Source of the DNA: an uncultured delta proteobacterium
GTDB taxonomy: Bacteria > Myxococcota_A > Polyangia > Polyangiales > B10-G4
DNA: 64,000 nucleotides
Assembly: GCA_963727445.1 (NCBI GenBank)
Contig: CAVSGI010000010.1
Span: 1,024,001 to 1,088,000, forward strand
Direction of reading: 5' to 3'
This document shows, piece after piece, positions 60,042 through 64,000 of the stretch; within the stretch, counting starts at the first letter, position 1, and every line of letters starts with the position of its first letter. Position numbers and translations under genes: made by a program. Below the pieces are notes generated by a model that saw only the letters and a list, made by a program, of their open reading frames with translations, was not told the origin of the DNA and did no database searches.

Positions 60042-60779
60042 ATGCTTCGACACTTCCTGATCGCTGTCACCCTCGTGGGCCTCGGGGCCGCGACCCTCGC
60101 CGGCTGCTCCCCCGACAGCCGGATCGTGCACCGAGAACAGCTCGAGCTCGGGGTGCTCGACGCCACCGCCCTCGAGCTGGTCGTCGGCGCGGGCTCCCTG
60201 GACGTGATCGGCGAGCCGGCGAGAGACCGCGTCCTGCTCGACGTGACGCTTCGTACCAACCGCGCCGTGATCACCGACGACGATCGTGCGCGCGAATCGC
60301 TCGACATCCAGCTGCAACAAACGGAGGCCGGCGAGCGCATCCTCAGCCACGTGCTCTTGGACGACGGTCCCGGCGGCTACTATGCGGACGTGGTCCTGCG
60401 CGTTCCGTCGGCGCTGGGGATCGACGCCGAGGACAGCTCCGGCGACATCATCATCGAAGACGTCGCCTGGCTCGCCCTCACCGATGACAGCGGAGACATC
60501 GAGGTCCGCCGCATCGCGGGCGGCGCGCAGATCACCGACGACTCGGGACAGATCGTCATCGACACGGTCGGCTCCGCGTCGATCGTCGACGGCTCGGGGG
60601 ACGTGGAGTGCTACGACGTCGAAGGCGACGTCGACGTCGTCGACGACTCCGGCGGCCTGCGTTTCGAGCGCGTCGGCGGCACCGTGCGCGTCCGCGATGG
60701 GAGCGGAGACGTGGTGGCGATCGACGTCGGCGACCTCGAGATGATCTCCGACGGGAGCGGGAACGTGGAGCGGAGGTGA
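60042..60779 (+). CDS. DUF4097-like beta-strand repeat lipoprotein
   Basis: Lipobox LAGC; repeated D[DGS]SG[DQG][IVL]. Confidence 0.85.
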   Translation: MLRHFLIAVTLVGLGAATLAGCSPDSRIVHREQLELGVLDATALELVVGAGSLDVIGEPARDRVLLDVTLRTNRAVITDDDRARESLDIQLQQTEAGERILSHVLLDDGPGGYYADVVLRVPSALGIDAEDSSGDIIIEDVAWLALTDDSGDIEVRRIAGGAQITDDSGQIVIDTVGSASIVDGSGDVECYDVEGDVDVVDDSGGLRFERVGGTVRVRDGSGDVVAIDVGDLEMISDGSGNVERR

Positions 60780-60874
60780 CGCGAGCGGATGGGCGTACGG
60801 AACTTCGACGTATGTGCACGAATTCGCGCTCCCGGTACACGTTTGACCGAGTCGTGTATGCGTGACACGCCCCG

Positions 60875-62335
60875 ATGATGGTCGGCGAGCCGTCCCTTGC
60901 ACCCGCACGCCGCGCGCCCGTCCATCCCTCCTACCGAGGGCAGCGTGACCTCGAGGCCTATGGCGGCATCCGCACCCGACGCGCGGTGGAGGTCTACGCG
61001 CCGACGTCCGAGCCAGCGCTCGCGAATCTGATCGCGCGGCTTCGCGAGCGGGGCCGGCGATTCGCGCCTCTCGGTGCTTGTCTCGCCTTCGACGGACAGG
61101 GCTTGCCCGAGAGCGTCGCGATCGAGACGTCGGGGCTCGACCACCTCCACGTCGACGTCGGCGAGCGCCGCCTGATCGCAGGCGCGGGGGTGACGACGGG
61201 GCGCGCGGCGGCCGCCGCCCTCTTGCACGGCATGATGATCCCGGTCGTGCCCAGCACCAGCCGAGTCACGCTCGGCGGCTCGGCGTCGTCCGACGCCTAC
61301 TCCCGGATGACCCCGGGCCTCGGCCGCGAGAGCCGACACATCCGCGCCATCCGTCTGCTCACGCCGTGCGGCGAGGCGCTGCGTTGCTCGAGGCACGACA
61401 ACGCCGACCTCTTCCATGCCGCCGTGGGAGGCTTCGGGCTCACGGGAATCATCACGGAGGTCGAGTACGCGCTTCTGGACATCGGATGCCCGTCGGCTCT
61501 CCGCTCGAGCGCGCACGCCTTCGAGGGCGTGGACGGCCTCGCGCATCTCGTGCCCGAAAATCTGCCCAACGGCCTCGCCGAGGGATCCTGGCCGGGCGCG
61601 GGCTCGGTCGTCATCCGCCGAGGCGACCGGCTCAAGACGATGCTGACCCGACATCGCTACGAGCAGAGCGCCGAGCGGCGGCCCACGGTCGCCCACGAGC
61701 GAGGCCCGATGCGCCTCGGAATCGAGCTCTTCGTCCGGAGCATGCCCGGCGTCGCCTCGTGGTTCTGGGAGCGAAACTGGGTGCCAGGCAGACCCCTGGA
61801 GTTCGTGGACGACGTCTGGTCCGCGACCTTCTTCATGGACGCGAACCTCGATGCGAACGCTCTGGTGCGGCGATTGGGGCATGCGACGACCATCATCCAG
61901 CAGAGCTTCGTCCTTCCCGCAGACGGGCGCGCCGCGTCTTCCGCGCTCCGAGTCGAGTGCTTCGTTCGCGAAGCCATGGATCGTTTCCGCCGTGCCGACC
62001 TCCATCCGACCATGTTCGATGTGGGCTTTCTGCCGGCCGCCGAGCCTTTCGTCTTCGCCAGCAATCCTGGCTTCGATGCTTTTCTGGTCTCCGCCGCCTT
62101 TCTCCTCGCGCCCCGGGCTGCGCCCGCGCCCGTTTCGCGGGCTCTCGAGGCGCTCACGACCGTCTGTGTCCGGGATTACGGGGGCACGGTCCACCTCACG
62201 AAACAGGCGTTCTGCTCCGACCAGCTCCTCCGCGACCTCTACGAGGAGCCCATCCGAAGGCTCCGCGCCCTGCGCCGAGCGCATGATCCCGAGGCCCTGG
62301 TCGACACCGCGCTCGGGGCGCGCCTCGGCCTCTGA
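60875..62335 (+). CDS. FAD-linked oxidoreductase (VAO/DprE1-like)
   Basis: AGAGV, PVVPSTSRVTLGG, DLFHAAVGGFGLTGII, GGTVHLTK, HDP. Confidence 0.8.
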   Translation: MMVGEPSLAPARRAPVHPSYRGQRDLEAYGGIRTRRAVEVYAPTSEPALANLIARLRERGRRFAPLGACLAFDGQGLPESVAIETSGLDHLHVDVGERRLIAGAGVTTGRAAAAALLHGMMIPVVPSTSRVTLGGSASSDAYSRMTPGLGRESRHIRAIRLLTPCGEALRCSRHDNADLFHAAVGGFGLTGIITEVEYALLDIGCPSALRSSAHAFEGVDGLAHLVPENLPNGLAEGSWPGAGSVVIRRGDRLKTMLTRHRYEQSAERRPTVAHERGPMRLGIELFVRSMPGVASWFWERNWVPGRPLEFVDDVWSATFFMDANLDANALVRRLGHATTIIQQSFVLPADGRAASSALRVECFVREAMDRFRRADLHPTMFDVGFLPAAEPFVFASNPGFDAFLVSAAFLLAPRAAPAPVSRALEALTTVCVRDYGGTVHLTKQAFCSDQLLRDLYEEPIRRLRALRRAHDPEALVDTALGARLGL

Positions 62336-62407
62336 TCGCCGCCCTCTCCCGCCCAAAGGTGCACCATTCTGCCTCCGCTCGGCGGCTTTGAGGTACGCTC
62401 CCTTTCG

Positions 62408-62818
62408 ATGCCCTCTGATCCACTCTTCGACGCGCTGGGTCGCTTCCGCCAAGCCTGGGTATCGCGCGGCTGGAGTTGGGACCGTCGCTTCGATTGCGTC
62501 GCGTCGACCTTCGATCTCACCCTCATCGGCAGCGCGCGCGATGCGGTGACCGGCGCCTTCCCGCACGAGTGGACCTCGAAGACGCTCAAGCGCGCCCCGG
62601 AGATGGTGCGTTTGGTCGCGGAGATGACCGGCGGCGTGAGGCCGGACCAGCTGATCTACGCGATGAGCGACGACGACGACGAAGCGGTGGTCTGCTTCGC
62701 TCTGTGGTGGCCGTGGGGCGGTGAGGGCAGCAACATCTCGCTGCGCGTCGGGCTCTACGGCGCCTCCTTCGAAGAAGTCACGCAGCTCCGCGAGCTCTTC
62801 GGCGCGATGGACGACTGA
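62408..62818 (+). CDS. Hypothetical protein
   Basis: Coding-like ORF; WSWD, GGVR..Q, LWWPWG. Confidence 0.7.
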   Translation: MPSDPLFDALGRFRQAWVSRGWSWDRRFDCVASTFDLTLIGSARDAVTGAFPHEWTSKTLKRAPEMVRLVAEMTGGVRPDQLIYAMSDDDDEAVVCFALWWPWGGEGSNISLRVGLYGASFEEVTQLRELFGAMDD

Positions 62819-62826
62819 AAGCGGCG

Positions 62827-63981
62827 TCAGTCGTTCTTCAGCTCGACGCGCAGGTCCTTCAGGAAGCGCGGGCCAGCAACGCGGAGAAAGGGTCCGACCG
62901 GGAGGTTGGCCCCCAGGGCCAGGATGTCGGTCGCGTTCGCGTGCTCGTCCAGGAAGGCGAACACGCGATCGGGCGGGTTGTAGTGAAACATCGCCGCGAA
63001 GACCTCCGCCATGCGCTCCGGAGAACGCGCGGTCACCTTCAGGAAGATCTGGTCGAGCCACGCGAAGACCGATGGCGTCTCGGGGAGTGCGAAGGGATGT
63101 CCTTCGGCCGCCAGGCTCTCGGCGATCCGCTCGGCGTCGTCGACGATGCGCGTGAATGCATATCCCGAGGTCGGCTTGAGCCGACCGCCGGCGAGCCCGA
63201 TGGCGAGCTGTCGCTCACCGAGCTTCCTCGGGAACGGCGCGTCGGTCATCAAGCTGTCTCCCGACTCGCGGCGAGCGATCGAGTAGTCCTCGATGCCGAG
63301 GACTCGCTCGACGTAATCGCCGAGCGCTGCCGCATGATCGCAAGGGTCGAAGCTCACGTGCTCCACCAGCGCCTTTCGACGCGAGAAAGGCAACACGTAG
63401 ACGAAGCGTTGGTCGTGCTCCTGGGGCGTGCGGAAGTCGAAGAGGGTCACGCGGCGATCGTCGAAGGCGTCGTGCACCGTCTCCACGTCCCAGCCGAGAA
63501 AGCGCTGGGTGAGGGCGACGTGTCCGTCGGCCGGGCGGACCCGGGTCGCGGTGGGACGGCTGTCGAAAAGCCATTTCCCACGCCGCGCGCCGCCAGAGAA
63601 ACGCGCCTCCACCGCGTCGGGCCCCTCCGCGATCTCGTTCACCGATGCGCGGACGATCTCCGCACGGCCCGCCCGTTCGAGGCGCGCGAGGCAGGTTTCG
63701 CGAAGCGCGCGGCCCGTGATGACGTGGTAGCGGTAGGTGTCGAGATCGCCGAGCTCCCGGCCGCGCTCGGTGATCACCTCCACCTCTTTCCAGGTGGCGC
63801 TCACCGCCTCGGCGAGCGGTGGCTCCCCCGTGCACCAGAAGGCGTAGGTCCGGTTCTCGAGGTCTGCCAGGCTGGGATCGATGAGGCACGCGCTGGCCTC
63901 CCCGAAGCGTTCGAGGAGCTGCACTGCGGTGACCAGACCTGAAGCGCCGGCACCGGCGAAGAGGAAATCCACGTCGCTCAC
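62827..63981 (-). CDS. Lycopene cyclase family FAD protein
   Basis: AGAGASG, Q.FLGW, FDFR, FVYVLPFS...ALVE, GG.LKPTSGYAF. Confidence 0.85.
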   Translation of the reverse strand: MSDVDFLFAGAGASGLVTAVQLLERFGEASACLIDPSLADLENRTYAFWCTGEPPLAEAVSATWKEVEVITERGRELGDLDTYRYHVITGRALRETCLARLERAGRAEIVRASVNEIAEGPDAVEARFSGGARRGKWLFDSRPTATRVRPADGHVALTQRFLGWDVETVHDAFDDRRVTLFDFRTPQEHDQRFVYVLPFSRRKALVEHVSFDPCDHAAALGDYVERVLGIEDYSIARRESGDSLMTDAPFPRKLGERQLAIGLAGGRLKPTSGYAFTRIVDDAERIAESLAAEGHPFALPETPSVFAWLDQIFLKVTARSPERMAEVFAAMFHYNPPDRVFAFLDEHANATDILALGANLPVGPFLRVAGPRFLKDLRVELKND

Positions 63982-64000
63982 GAGCGCGCATCATCCCACA

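Overview
High-GC, gene-dense bacterial DNA that looks myxobacterial, probably Polyangiales/Sandaracinaceae-like. This is inferred from a MYXO-CTERM tail, many Cys-rich lipoproteins and Ser/Thr kinase, PEGA and RCC1 modules. I call about 55 real CDSs; most other ORFs in the six-frame track are GC-rich shadows. No rRNA, tRNA, CRISPR or transposase is evident. Main points of interest: (1) a 1.1-kb intergenic repeat mosaic at 28.4-29.5 kb, where two inverted copies of a multi-hairpin scaffold with covarying stems each enclose a different 45-nt insert; (2) a Tat-exported repetitive Asp/Gly peptide divergently paired with a NO66/YcfD-type JmjC hydroxylase, a RiPP-like candidate; (3) a divergent EF-Tu paralog preceded by a leader peptide with an attenuator-like structure; (4) reading-frame breaks clustered at GATC-like sites, probably methylation-linked basecalling errors; (5) many apparently leaderless genes and one CTG start. 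All family assignments come from motif recognition by eye, not from database searches.
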